Shown one piece after another: positions 13,926-30,064 of a DNA stretch of 64,000 nucleotides. The stretch's first letter is position 1; every line of letters begins with the position of its first letter. The translations under genes and the position numbers were made by a program. The notes beneath the pieces are model-generated. The model had not been told where the DNA came from, did no database searches, and was given only the letters and a program-made list of their open reading frames with translations. Source of the DNA: Chrysomallon squamiferum (taxonomy: Eukaryota > Animalia > Mollusca); NCBI GenBank assembly GCA_012295275.1, contig CM022669.1:19344001-19408000 (forward strand). The letters run 5' to 3'.

Positions 13926-14746
13926 CATTAGTACAGGTGACAAACAGAAAATTAAATATAACAGCCATGATATGATATAAAATAAATATAGGTCAGAATT
14001 ATGAAATAAAATAATATGAAAGCCATGATAGCACAACGTTGATATAATTAACTGATGTAACTGAGAATTAGAAAAAGAAATACTACAATAGCCAAGACAC
14101 CTGAAAAGTAATAATACACCTCAGTCCAGGTGAGAATGAGGAAATGAAAGACAATATTACCTGTAAGAACTTTAGTAGTACAGAAAGGAATAAGGAAATA
14201 AAATACCACAAACTTGTTTTCATAATGAAATTACATAATCTTAATTAACATAGGGGAGAATGTGGTAATCAAGTGCCATAATAACTGTAACATCTAAAAG
14301 GTAACATTCCACATAAACAGCAATGACTATTTTTAACTTGATCTGTATCAATAGTGACCACAATGTCTCAGATTTTTCTTTCTGCTGCTATCACCTTCTT
14401 ATTTAAAAATTTAATGAAAATTTAAATATTTGAAGATTTATATATTAATAGTGAATAGTTATTTTTGACTTCATCTTATCTATAATGAGCACAGTGCCTT
14501 GGTATAACCTAGTCCACTTTCATTTCTGGTGTCAGAGAAGTTTAGTTATATATTTAAAGACTTACGTTCGTGTTCTTCCTGTACTTGTTTGTGTACGTTA
14601 TCCACACTCTGTGTTATCTCACCATGAGTCAGCAGATCATTACCTTCCTGTAAACACACAAACATCCACTTCATTAAAATACAACATAGCAACAACATAG
14701 CAATAAAACAATAAAAATAATAGTAATAGTTATAATAATGATGATG

Positions 14747-14807
<61 letters not shown>

Positions 14808-15145
14808 CAACAACAACAGTAACAGAAACAGCAACAAGAAATACAACAACAATAATAAAAATAATAATAAGAAGAAGATAAGCCATCCCATAAAATAAAA
14901 GTGAAAATTAATTATTTTAAACAAAGTACATCTTATGAAAATTAAGTGGAATATAATGCTGGTGGCATTTTTTATAACTAATTTCACTGTTAACATTTTA
15001 CTGTTAAGTGTTAAAAAATAAACAATAAAAAAAGACAAACTAAAAAACAAAATGTAGTTCATGGCCAAAAAATTACCACATTAAAAAAAAAAAAAAATTA
15101 TAAATAAAAATTCATGACTTTCTGCATTGTATAGCAGACTACTTT

Positions 15146-15194
<49 letters not shown>

Positions 15195-18017
15195 ATTACT
15201 GATATAAAGTATTATGTAGTAACAAACATACCTCTCTCTTGACTTCTTTTGCTTCTGCCAGTGTTTCGTAATATTTCTCCATGTTCTGCTCATCCAGGTC
15301 AGGTATGTGTGCATCAGGCAGGGAGAGGGAGTTGTACACGTTCAGTGGGTTTGCTGTGTCGATAGCCTCGTTGATAGCAGCAACAGCATTCAGAACTGGA
15401 AAAACAGAATCGTTAGGTTTTAAAAAATTTTGTAATATATTATGAAAATGGAGTATATTTATTAAATAAATTGTTAAAAATATTTGTGAATATTATATGA
15501 TGGCTTTCATGTCATGTAAAATATTACACTGAATGAAAACTGAGTGTAATTCTAAATAAACCATTAAAAATATGAATATTATATAATGGCTTTCATGCCA
15601 TTCAAATGATATAAGATATAAAAAAATTTTGAAATTTGAGTAAAAACACACACGTACACACATGCATATATATTAAATAAAATGTTAAAATTATTTATTA
15701 TTTGAATAAAATAAATATTTATAATGAAATACATTACCTGCCAGGGATGCAAACAGTTCATCATAATCCAAATCAGCCTGCAGAAATAATATTTACAAGA
15801 AGAAATTAGGATTTTTTGTTTTCTGAAAATATTTTCTCAAGACTTCTATTTTAAGTTTTAAAAGTTTAGAAAATATAAAATTATTCTTTAATCTAAATAC
15901 ATTTATACACTACATATGTATACACACACACATATACATAAACTAACATTCTTACACACACACACACACACACATAATTATACACACACACACACACACA
16001 CACACACATAATTATACACAGATACAGTAATACACACACATACATAATTATACAGAGACAAACACACACACGCACCCAAATGAAGTAAATCTGACCTTCT
16101 TTTCTGATCTGATGCTCTGGAACTCTTTCAGGTAGAGGATACCAGCAAAGTCAAACACATGTGGAAGCTGTGAGGCTGGGTTCTGTATGTTCTTCATCAG
16201 CTGTACACTGTCACCCTCTTCTATTGCAGAGTTTATAGCAGCCACAGCTTTAGCCTCTGCACAAACAGAGAAACAGTTTGTGTAAAAAACAAGTATAATA
16301 ACTAATAAGACCCATCACACTGAATTAAGTCTTAAGTCACATTCTGGCTGATTTGAGTTATGAACATTTTCAGATTCCTGATTCAACAAGATTAATTTTT
16401 ATTCCTCATTCATCCCTCTGTGTTTAGTTCCAGAGGTATAGCCAGTTTTATCCAGCAAATAACAAGGTTCATAAAATTGCTATATATCTTAGCAATTATT
16501 ATCTATTAACATCATCACTCACTGGATCAAAGAAATAAGATAAATATAAGCAGATTCATTTTTAACAAAATATCAGAACTGAAATTTTTTTGTTTCACTC
16601 CACTTTTGTTGGCTAAAGCTCAGAATTTGGCCATGGGATGGGTCACAAATATAATGAGTAAATAAAAATAAAAAATGAAAAACAAAAAAGAATATTCTTT
16701 TTAAAAATATGTATCATAACATAAAAAAAACATTTGGTCAACAGGTTCTGCTTATGAATGCAAATAGTTATTGCTTTGCATGATGAAGAATAAAAGAGGG
16801 GAACAGAAAATGTAAAGTGTCAAAAACAGACAAAACAAAAAAGGAAAACTTCTTTGTTATTTCATTTCTCTTACTTTGATATTCTGTATCAGCCTCTAGA
16901 TTGGCCTGGTTTATTGCTTGTTGCAGTTCTTCTTTCTCTAACATGACCTCCTCTCCACTGTTGTTGTTCTGAAACACAAACAGAACACCCTGTCTATTGT
17001 ACATCTTATATGACGTATGCTATTTAAAAAGAAATAAACATAAGGAAAAGAAGAAGTATGACTGGTTATCAATAAACAGACACAGTCCCTGGCAACCCAT
17101 CCATTACTTAAAAACAATTAAATATAATGAAGAGCAGAAGTATGATTGGTTATTACCAATCAGGCATACTCTGTTGCAAATACCATTTAATTCATTAATG
17201 ATAAAAATTATTACAAAAAGTTTTTTTTTTTCTAGAAAAGAATGCATGCATTTTAGTATGATCAAAGTCTTAGTTATATTCTGTAGACTTGAAAAAAGTA
17301 TATTTCACATAGAATGGCACCTTCTATAAATGAGCGAGTATGTTAGTAACCTCTATATGCAATTCTTAACCTAAATTAATTTCAGAAGATTCAAGATTAA
17401 TGAAATTAATCATTTATTAACACGATATATTAAAAAAAATATTACATTTTTAAAATTAAAATATTAAAAACAGATCACCTAATAAAGACAGAATATTCTG
17501 GGATTTAATTTTGACAAATTTTGTTATTGAACTGAAATAATAATAACCAATTCTGCTGTTTTTATGAAACTGTATTACCTCCCCTTTCTTTAATTTAAAA
17601 TTATTAATAACCTACACGATAACAAATGAATGCATGAATATTTTGAAGCATGAATTAATTAATTCATTTAAAGAGATTTGAATTTAAGGTGTCCATAGAA
17701 CCATTAGCATTATTCAAAGCAAAACAGATGGATAATCATTGTTCTGTTAATAACTGCTTGAAAACAAGAGGTTCTGAAAAGTTTGTCTCTTACATCAAGT
17801 TATCCCAGAATTTGAATAATTCTCTTCTATCAGTGCAAGATAATGTAATTTTAGCTTAAGTAGTTAAAAATTTTTTAAATGTCTGCAATATGAGAATATG
17901 CTTCTTTTTTAATCCTTATTACAGTGATAGAAATACAATCAACATTACAGCTTGGGGGAAAATTATAGATACCTTCAACAACAAAACAATAATAAGAAAA
18001 TAAAATAAAATAAATAA

Positions 18018-18060
<43 letters not shown>

Positions 18061-18571
18061 AAAAAAAAAAAAATAAAATAAATAAAATAAAATTAAATTA
18101 TAATATAATACTTTTTTTTTAAATTACCTTCTTTATTTCTCTGAATTCTTTCAGTTTCTGTATGTAATAATCAACGTTGTCGCTGTTGATGTTTTTCAAC
18201 CCAAGATGAGGTGACTTCAGGGCTTCAATCAACTTCTTTGGATCTAACAGTAACAATGCAGCAAGGACATTCTCCAGAGCAATGTTTGCTGAAATACAGA
18301 CAGAAAACAGAGGTAAAAATTAGACGAATGCCTGTAGTGTATTTATCACTCTGTTAGTTTTGTCACACTTATTATTTTAAGCTTTACGTGTAAAACTACT
18401 GATGATAAAAAGTAAGGACATTTTAAGTGAATTATATTTTGCAAAGACACTATGAAATAATGAGACATATTTATATATGTAAATAGGTTTACTGCTTTAC
18501 ATAATCTTTTCAATTCTGTTGAAATAAAAATGATTTTCCTACTACTGTCACTATTACTGCTACTTCTACTA

Positions 18572-18608
<37 letters not shown>

Positions 18609-19222
18609 TGATGATGATGATGATAACAACAATAATGAATTCCATATGATCTAGCAATCATATGGTTGATACAAAAACAATTTATTAATTTGTGTACATG
18701 CTATTCTAACTATACAGTCATCTAACAGATAAATTAAATAACTACCATACCATTATGTAATATCAGTTAATACTGTATGTTCAGAAGCACTTACTATTGA
18801 CTTTATTGATGTTTCCCTGTATCTCTGCCTGTGTCAAGAGTTCATCATAAACATCATGTTCATACTGTAGTTCATTATCCATACTCTGAAATCATATTAT
18901 TTATCAACATGAACATACTAACACTTTTCAAAATTGTTATATTTAAAAAAAATATTATTTGTCTTTTATCTGTGTTTTATATATATATAGCATTTAGAAC
19001 TAATTTAAACTGAAAAATATATATATTTATGAATTAATGTTGACTAACATGATAACATACCATATTAAAGATACAATATTATGGATTGAATAAATACAGA
19101 TGTCCAGTTTATATTCAAATTAACTTACTTAAATGTATTCTAAAGAGGACAAAAAATTTAAAATATTTGTTACTTCTGATTATGACAAATCTTGAGTAAT
19201 ATGAACATTTAAGTGTCAAAAA

Positions 19223-19267
<45 letters not shown>

Positions 19268-20537
19268 AAAAAAATAATTAAAAACAATTATCAATTTACA
19301 TTAAAAAGATGACAAACCAAAGCTAACCCTATTTCTAGCATTTTCCGTTTTTGCTTGTTTGGCGTCATACAGCATTGTCTGGTAAGAATTTTCAGCCTCT
19401 TGAACCAAGTTAACCAAACAAGCTGATGGGTTTTGAAGAGCAGCAAATGTCTCTTTTGGGTTTTGTTTTTCCAGAGCCTCATTGATAGCAATAATAGCAG
19501 CATGCACTGAAAAAACAATAGGGAAATCCAGAGAAACATGTTATTGCATTGTTGTAAATATTCCATCATTACTACCTTGTTATACTTCCATATACATATT
19601 GTTATTAAATTCTGTATAAATACACTGATATTATTATTATTACATTGTTACAATTCAATAAAATCACATCAATTTACATTTTCTAATATAACACTGTTAT
19701 GATTTATTTATTTTATTATTTTTAAATTAATGAATTTGTAGTTATAATTTTATCAATTCATTGTAAATAAATGAATTAATAATTAAAATACATCTAAAAC
19801 AAAAAGATTTAGTATAATAATACATTTTTTTTTTTTTTTTTTTTAATTTTAATTTCATATTTGTATGTGACTAAACATGCATATATATTTGTGGATTTAG
19901 AGTTAATTAAATTATTATTATTTTTCGTAATAGTAGTAGAAAACACAAAATAAATTCACAAACAAATTAAAAAACAATTATGATTCTATATGAATTTTCA
20001 AGTTAGAATTTTATTCTTATTATTCTTATTCTTCTTCTTATTATTATTACTATTAATTAATTAATTTATTTATTTTAAGAATTTATTCTATACTGACACA
20101 AGTTTACATCAGAAAGAATTTAAAACTGTTGTACATAGGCAAGAATTACTTGCATGGATTGTGAAGAATTTGATTTTGTATTTATTGACACACCTAATGA
20201 CATGACTTTGTAAACACCTCATTAATTACTATGTGAAGTATGCGTGGGACTGTTATGGATGGAGTGATAAATATTTTGCATCACTCAAGGCTAATAATTA
20301 ATAATGAAACACATTTTGGTATTTAGACTGAAAGTATTACAAAACAAAATACACTGGCATGCATTAAATGTAATGATGATGATGGTAGTGGTATTAACAA
20401 TATATATATATAATATATATATATATATGTGGATATAGATATTTAATTTAATAACTTCCATCATGAAATATTAAGCAGTTTTAATTCTGCAGTAAGTTTC
20501 ATTATAAAAGATAATATATTTAATAACAATAATAAGA

Positions 20538-20570
<33 letters not shown>

Positions 20571-20963
20571 GTAATAATAAATAAATAATAATTGTGTTAA
20601 CAATAAATAAATAATAAATAATTCTATTAATTTATTAATCTTTTCTCTTTCTCTCATTCTTTTCTACATTTAACAAACATTTCAGGTAACAGATAATTAA
20701 TTAATCAGTGTCAAGGAATACTTACATGCTGCTTCATCTACTGTCATCTGTGTAAGAAAATAAATAATAAAATATAGATAAACAAAACAATTAAACAAAT
20801 ATTTATATATATATATATATAATTAGAAATACAACATACAAACAATGTCATAATATTGAAATTCCTAAATTAAAACTACATGAATGTTTATAGTAATTTA
20901 CATATTTGTAAAGATAAAGTATTAATAATATTTACATATATGCTAGATGATACAGTTATATGT

Positions 20964-21010
<47 letters not shown>

Positions 21011-24000
21011 TTTTGTGTGTCATCAGCTACCAGAATACATTTGAATTTATCAGATAAAAGTTTCTAAAGTAACTGAATGGACATAAAAAGAACAGTTTGG
21101 ATCTAAGCCAAAGATTTAATTTGCAGTTACACCTGCCACTTTTAAACAGCAATAATTTAACTTTGAAGAGATCATACAACAATGAGACTTGTATTATTTT
21201 TAAAGCTTACATTTTCAATTTTTTTGATACAACACAACATCTAAAAATGTCAAAAAGAAACTTTATATCTGCATGGGAAAGGTGTGTGCATATGTCACAA
21301 TGTTGAGTGTGTTCTGCAAGTTTAAGAGCAAAAGTGTACAAACGAATACAGATATAACATGTTGGTGTGGGTATGGGTGTATGAATTTGTATGTCTGAAT
21401 ATGTATGTCTGTATATGAGAATGTATGCATATGTGCATGATTGAGTGAATAATTTAAAAAAAAACAAAAAAAAAAAAACATTTATGAAACCATTTAAGCC
21501 CATATACATATTCCATTGAAAAATATTCTGAATGCTTTTGAGATCAATATGTATATGTTAAAAATATATTTTATATTTACTTTAATAATGCTACTGAATC
21601 AAGCCATTTTAAGTACCACACATAATTAAAACTAGTTAATATCACTGCTAATGAACCCATGCTGATAACTCTGTTATTTCCTATTAAACAGTAGCATGTT
21701 AAAACATCCCTTGCCGTTAATCACAGGAGTCACCCATATGTGAACAGCATGTTTCTTTTGTCATTACATTAACTTTTATTAGTTTTGCTGTGTTAATAGT
21801 ACTGCCATGACTTTTAGTTTCATAATATTAATTTAGAAGAAAAAAATAAATCCAGCAAAAGGACAAATATAATGGACAGATAGAATTAACACAACAGTAA
21901 TGAATTAAACATTTACAGCATATCAAATTAAATAAACAAAATGGCAGACATGGCAACGAAAAACATAAAAAAGGCAGCTTGTAGAAAAAAACTTTTAATA
22001 AAAACAAAAATCATAAAAAACGAAAATTAAGATGACACTGAGACAAACAGAAGATGAAACAGAAAAAGATTTATTGATCTGAACCCGTGAAGGTCAATGG
22101 AGCTATCCAAGGGGTCAATAACTGTCCAGAGGTCAAAAGGAGAAGGTCAATAAACATCAGGATCAGTTATGGTGGTGTTATAAGAAACGTGTGATTAATA
22201 TGAGCTTTTTGGTTTTTTAAATAGTTTTTTGAAATTGTTAAAGTTTATTTACCTTTAAATAGAGAAATTTATTACTGATATTTTTATTTGTTTATTTTTA
22301 CATGTGCTTCAGGCTCTATGAGTGATCTAAAAGGTTTGCTGACCCCAGATCTAAACAGACACACTGAGAGACAGATATATATACCATGCAATATTAAAAG
22401 AATAAATGAGGACACAAATTTATTAATGCTGAGCTAGAAATGTTATCAATCAGCAAAATGTTTAAATATTTAAGTTTCTGGTGACCACAGGCATTTATAG
22501 AAATCTACAAGGAACACTAATACAGCCAACTTTAACATTAAAAACAGAGACTGTACAGTGGATTTATTAATTATGGTGGATAGTGTATTAGTATTATAAA
22601 ATATAGTCTATAGTGAAGCATAATAATATTAATAATATTATAAATAATAATAATTATTACTTTTATTTTCGTAAACCTCTGTTAATCTTCTCTCTTATTT
22701 ATTTATTATAAATATCTTCAAATGTGTAAGATTTCAAAGTTTGAAAAGAGGAAATATAATGACAAAAATAGTTTACTTCATTTGCCAAAATTCCACCAAT
22801 CTTGCTGAATGCTGGCATCTGAATTCCATATTTGTCTAGTTCCTTTCTCATTGCACTGATTTCTTCATCTGTAATAAATAAATAAATAAACAAACATTTC
22901 TTAAAAATTAAAATGATTCTGTTAATAAGATTAATGTTTGAAAAAATAAGTTTAAAAAGAAAAGTAAAAAAAAGTAAAATATCTTATACTGGAATGTTTT
23001 GATATTAAGTATGGCTAGGTTACCCTAGATTTTAACCAGAAAGAAACTCCAAATGGAAACAAGGAATCTTTAAAATGAAAGCAAAGAAAATAAAGAAGAA
23101 ATAAAAGAAATATTTCTTCAGTATTAGCATGTAAATAAAATATTCCACCTGAATAAAATAATAATAATAAAAACACAACATGTAACTGACCTGTAAAATC
23201 TATTTTTCCATAAAGATCTTGAATCTGTGGTGCAAGTCCGAGTTTGAACAGATACAAACTGAAACAAAATGTGGAAAAATTAACAAATAAATAATAATAA
23301 CTAAAACAAAAATAAACAAACATAACAATACATTACTATATTTATGTGCATATATGAATATCTCAGATTAATAAAAGACTACTGTAACGTGCATTAACCA
23401 TCATTAGATGTTAAAAACAACAGTGTGAAATAGAATAAACATTATAATAATTTTACATGTGCTCTTTTAAAGTGACCTTTTGTAGGCAAAAACATACCAT
23501 GACATTAGAAATAACAGGGCATTGAATTATTGGATCTGACATTCTATATAATACAGCCATGAGCTGATGATATAGTGGATTCTCTGAAGAGATTCGATCC
23601 TGCAATCCCTAAATCCCAGGTAACTGATCTACTACAGGGATACAACCCTTACCCCACCCTTGCCCTACCCAGTCATCTGATACCTACCTCAGTGCATGGA
23701 TGCAGTAAACTGCTCTTGGCATGTTTTTTCTGTCATAAATATCTGTGGTCTCAGGATAAAATATCTAAAAAAAAAAAAAAAAAAAAATTGTAATAGTAGT
23801 GATGGTGGTGGTAGTAGTTGTAGTAAGTAGTAAATAGATGGTGGTGATGATTATAAACATGGTGATAAATTATAGCAGTACCAGTATTTTACAGTAGCAT
23901 GTACTAGTAGTAATTGTGATGATGATGGTAGTAGAATTAGTAATTGTATTGGTGGTGGTTGTAATAGTGGTATTGGTGGTAGCAGAATTAGTAGTTATAG

Positions 24001-26068
24001 TGGTACTAGTGGTTGTAGTGGTGGCTGTAGTGATACTAATAATGGTATCAGTGATATTAATAGTAGTGATATTAATAGCAGTACTAGTTATATTTAATTG
24101 AAGCAGATAGTAGTAGTTGTAATAATAAAGACGGTAGAGGTTGTAACAGCAGCAATGGTGGTAGTGGCTGTAGAGATAGCAATAGCAGTGTTGGTGGTGA
24201 TAACAGTAGTAGTAGTAATTGTGACAATGATGATTGGATATTATTTAGAACAGTAACAGTAGGTATTGACTATGACAATGGTGACAGTGGTAGATGGAGT
24301 AGTAATTATGATTGTGTGGGTGATGGTAGGAGTAATAGTAGTTAATAATTATAACTAAAATAAAATAAATAAAAAATAAACAGTAAATAATAAGAATAAA
24401 TAAAATCACAAAAGAATTTACAATAAAAAATTAAAATAAAATAAAAAAATCTTTCAGTGTATGTTTGTTATTTCAACTTTTTAAATAATTTTCACAAGCT
24501 GTTGTTTCTCAAATTGATTTCTGTTAAATGACTTGAATATATTAAATACCAAACAAACTATCATGTTATTATAAATTTAATTCATCAGATTATATTTCAT
24601 GTTAATGGTATCTGTCAATATTATTCTAAAATAATCAATTTTAATGTTTGCAAGTGTTTTTTTGTGCTAGCTTAGTCACACACACATACACACTTAAAAA
24701 TTTGTATCATTACTGCCAATTCATTTTTGAACACCTTATGAAGTTAAAAATATTTCTTCAATTTTTTAATTAATTTTTTTTATTGATAATGATAAAAACA
24801 AAATATTGAATGGTAAACAAGTTTACAAAATGCAGAATGTAAAAACTGGCAACATAAATCAAAGTTTTTAAATAATAATAACTTACTCGTGGTAGACCTA
24901 TGTGCTCCATGGCTGCAAACCAATGGTTTATGTTGTCTGTGTGTCTGAAGTGCAGACCTTTTGCCTGAATAAAATGAAAGCATGAATTAAAATATGCTGT
25001 CATTAAGATTATACATTATGGTATAAGAAATTAAATAACTACCATTATTCTAAAAAGCAACAAGATAATTTTAAAATGATTTTCTTTATGTTTTACATTC
25101 GATTTCCATATACAGAACAGTACATACCACAATATTTGTTAAACTAGTCATACCAGACTGCATAAATTTGGTACTGTGACATTTTTGTACCAAGTGACTA
25201 GTAAGTATATATATTCCAAAAGACATAATCTGATAAACCTCTGTATCAATTATTATATTACTTTTTATAATCAGGACAGCAAATACTTGATATTTCACTT
25301 CACTGACTAGAACAAGAATAAACCAGTTCATAAACAACTTCTGTCAATTCTATGATAGTTAAGCTACTTAGACAATAATTTGAATCTTTTTATTTTTTAC
25401 AACAGATGACCTATAGAGACTAAACCTGGTCACGAACAATTATCTATTATTATTATTAATAAATTGATTTACCAAAGAATTACCTTGAAACGTGTCTGTT
25501 CCCTGTCGTATATTTTTTTGACAGAGACCACCTGGGGTGCAAAGAAGTGTCCAAGTTTGGCAAGGTAGACGCCATTTCTTAGTCCTTCCTCCAGTTCTGT
25601 TGTGGGAGGCAGTTCTTCATTGATCACAGCCTCAATCCACCTGTAATAATAATAGCAATATTGAATTAGTATCTAGTAATGCTGATATTAGTAACATTTA
25701 TAACAATAACAATAATAATAGTAATAATAATAATAATGAAATCAGTAATAATAATAATAACTACATTATTGCAAATAAGAATATTTGACTAAATGAACAA
25801 CATCTGAAACTAAATAACACATTTTTACATTAAAGTTATACATTAAAGTTATTACTGTTTTATGTGAAACATTACATTACAATATTTATAATACAGATTA
25901 AATCATGTTAACATTCATAAAATAACACTGAATTTAACTTTAGTAAGAATATGAAATATCTGTCATTGTACAATGTTCCATTTTGTTCTTACAGAAATTT
26001 AGTATCTATTTAATTATTATAAATATTTGCTTATAAAATAACTGTCTGGGGCTTTGTTTTGTTTTAAA

Positions 26069-26114
<46 letters not shown>

Positions 26115-27578
26115 TTATATTACACTGCTCACATAACATCACTTTCAGTTTCTATTTTTAATTTTGATTCCATTAAACTGTCTGCACATGATACAGTAGA
26201 CTATCTTAATTTTATTTGCAATTTTCTATTTTATTATTCCTAAATCTTGTCTAATGGATTAGTTGAATGGCCAATTCCCAATAGTGCTGTTATTTTCACA
26301 GTTTTAAATAAATTCTGAAAAGTCAAACTGTATACATCATTTGATCCACAATTAAAATAATTATAACCAAGATGTGCATCTGTGGGTGGGGGCTCTCTGA
26401 ACATGACAAAAACATCACAATGGATTAAGAAAACTAAATTGTAAAAACAAACTAGATACTACATACAGAACATAAATAATAAATCAGTGCATATATTTTC
26501 AATAAGAATATTCTAGACTTGCAGATGTGTCTATATAAATGTATTTATCTTTACAGCGTGTTTGTGTGTATATGTTTTTGTTTAACTATGCTACATTCTC
26601 TTGTTATATAATCTATGAATATTATTTTTAACCGGTCATATTATTACATCTATGGCATGTGAACACACCTAGAGACACTAAACCTACAAATATGCACCAG
26701 AAAATAAAAATCTGCATTAATTCAGTTTATACACATTTAAATTGATTGATGAATAAGGTCAGCTTGATATGAGTACTAGTGTCCTGAAGCATATCAAGTT
26801 ACCTACTTGTACCTGACATTTCCATAAAGATATTAATTTGATACTGATGTTGGAGACAGCTCAGTGGTTAGATCACACTGATGAAGCGCAACAGATTGCA
26901 GGTTCAACCCTCTTCAGCAAAGCAACTGAAGCAAAGACAGTTGTGAATCTGACTAATTTATTCTGGAAAATAGTTCATATTCTTTCAAGCCAAAATCTGA
27001 CATTAACTCTTGACATCAAACCTTTGGAGCGAGGTATTTCAAACCATTGTCTTGTGACAGATTTATCAGTGTGATGTTTTTCTGTCACTGAATAGGTGTA
27101 TAGAAAACATCACATTTTACTAACTAATTACATTTCTTGGAAGTGGAGCATATACAGATGTTAATTACTGTTATATAAAATTAGGTTTTACATGGAGTAT
27201 TGACATTTACTAACAGAACTTGCAATAGAGTTTCTTTATATGTGTGCCTATGAAAATATATGAATGTGTTATGATGTCTGAGTTTATATACGAGAAAAAT
27301 TTTATAAAAACTATAATTTTCTTTTCACTTGTTTCTTAAATACAGTTGAACACACAACACACACACACACAAAATGAGAAGACATCAAGTGAACAAATTA
27401 TTTTGTTTGCATTAAATTTATATGCTGCCAAGTTTGATTCACATACCTTTAAGTTCAAATTCACGGAGTAAATAAACTCTGTTTATTAAAATTAAAAGGA
27501 TTTTGTAATTAAAAATAATTTTTAAGAAACTTTTGTCTTGAAAAGAAAATAATACATATGAGAGAGAGAGAGAGAGAG

Positions 27579-27622
<44 letters not shown>

Positions 27623-29986
27623 TGTTAATAAGGCCTGAATATAATGTAAGGAAAAAACAAGCAGAAACACGAAAGAATATTTTGTACTGGTATCTGCAAA
27701 ACTGCTGTTAATAACCTGACTGGGCAGACCACTTTTTTTTTATTAACATTTATCCATGTTAGAGCTCACCATCATTGTTTAATTTACATTGTGTGATATC
27801 AATATGTATGTACCAATTGGCCAGTTAATGACAGGATTTATAAAAGCAAAAGAGCCAATGACTTTTTTCTTCTTTTATACTGAGTGGAGTGAAGCAAAGA
27901 GAAATATACCATACATCTCTATAGATATTTTGATTATAGAGTGAGAGGGCTTTTTAAATTAGTTTTTGGTGTGAATTTGTTTTCTTTCTTTTTTTGGTCA
28001 AACCTTTGAATTTATTTCATATGTCAAACGTCAAGCTTAATTTTTTTTTACATTTATTTTTGCTTTATTATAATATTAACATGCTAATTGACAGAGAGAG
28101 GGGAGTCAAGGGAAGTGGTATGTTGAAAGAAAAATATATTAAACAAACAGGGGAGTTTGTTTTTGTTTTTGTCGTTTTGGTCTCAACATTATTGTGACAG
28201 TTTAAGAAAAAGAAAGAGAATGGTCAAAGGAACTATTGAAAAGGACAAGAAGAGAAATTAAGATAAAAAAAAATAAACCACAGAGACAGTCAAATATCAA
28301 AAGGTGTGATGAGGTTTGTGTGTGGGTGGCTGTACAAACAGATATATTTAACACAATGTTTAACTGTAAACAGTTCGCACCTGCCAGTGTTCTTTAAATA
28401 AACACCTGTAATTAATTATGAGGTATTTCTTTTTAAAACAGATCTTTCTTTTCTTTTTTTTTTTCCTCCTTTTTCTTTCTACCCATCCTTCCCCTGACCA
28501 ACCTTGTCTTCTGTCTGTTTTTTTTAAAACTTTACCAAAGCTGGACTTAAGTATTCTTTAATTAAACACCTGTTCACACAAACCAATTAAACCATACACA
28601 TTCTTTTTAGTTCATTCTTTATTTTTCTCATTTCTGTCTTGCATTACAGCTGGACACTATACAGTATACTGTATAAATAAATAATCAATCAATCTCTCTC
28701 TCTCTCTCTTTCTCTCTCACACACACATTCTACATATGTGCACTGCCTTGCTTTTTATTAATTCTTCCAGGGTTGTTTTTGTGTCTGTGTTTTCTCTCTC
28801 ACTTTTTCCAATATTTTGGCTGGTTTATTTTATTATTTTTTATTCTTTTTAAGAAAGGCAAAATATAGTCACAAATAATGTTCAGTTTACTCAAAATTAT
28901 TTTATTTATCAAAAACACATTCTTTAAGAACAAAACACCTAAAAAAAAAAAAAAAAAAAATTAATAATAAATTTTTTTTTTAAATAAATAAATAATAATA
29001 ATAATAATAATAATAAAAGAAAAAAAAGGTTATCTTAATTTTCTGAAGTCACTGTATATATAATAAAAAGAATTTCTATCAGGTATTGTGTATATTACCA
29101 GCACCTGACAGGTATCATGTATATTTTGCACCAGACACATGTAGGTTATGAATTATTCATAATATTACTTACATCAATGTCCTACAGCATGCCAAGCTGT
29201 GAAAAGTATAGATCTAATAGGAGTAACACTCAATATGCTTCAGATTTGGACTTACTGACAACATAGAGTTTTAAATAGAGGCAGATGCATGCACAATCAT
29301 GGACATGTGTCACTATACATATATAATCCAGATTATAATAAATATAACACATTTACCGTTGTAAGTAACTTTATGTATGTCTATGTGATGTGACATATTT
29401 ATTATATATAACATATGGTTTGCTCTGTGTAAGCCAAAAATAGCTTAAAATGAACAACTTCAGCTGCAATAGCATGATTCAACACATTACTTAATAACCT
29501 AAAACTAACAAACATCAGTCTGTCAGTACTCCTTATCACAAGTGACAGCAAATACATTACATGGAGTCTTTTTTTTTCTTAGTATTCTTTGATTTCAAAT
29601 CAAGTTAAAAAAAAAAAAACACCTGTAAGGTATACTAGTACAGGTTTGATGAAGTCACACCCCTTTGTTATCTTAGGTAACACCACATTTATCAAGTTTA
29701 CTTCTGTTGAGTAATTAAGCAGTTGTATCTATGTAACTCAGTAATTTAATTTATACCCAGCTGAATTATTCAGTTCAGTTTTATCTTTTGTAATTATTTC
29801 TTTTTAACTTATCTATCATAATTTTGCACTTTTTCATTCTTGCAGTATTCTTCTTTAATAATGTTATTTTATTATGGGTGCCGTGATAAAGCTTGATAGT
29901 TACTAAAAATTAATTAACTATCCTATCTCTCTCTTGGTTTATAATTTCTTGTATCTGTTCTTTTTCATACCACTCTGATATATATC

Positions 29987-30064
<78 letters not shown>

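Noticed and set aside
26845-26920. Functional tRNA gene
   Set aside because: A and B boxes present but no intact cloverleaf stems; motif shared with other degenerate copies, so a SINE head
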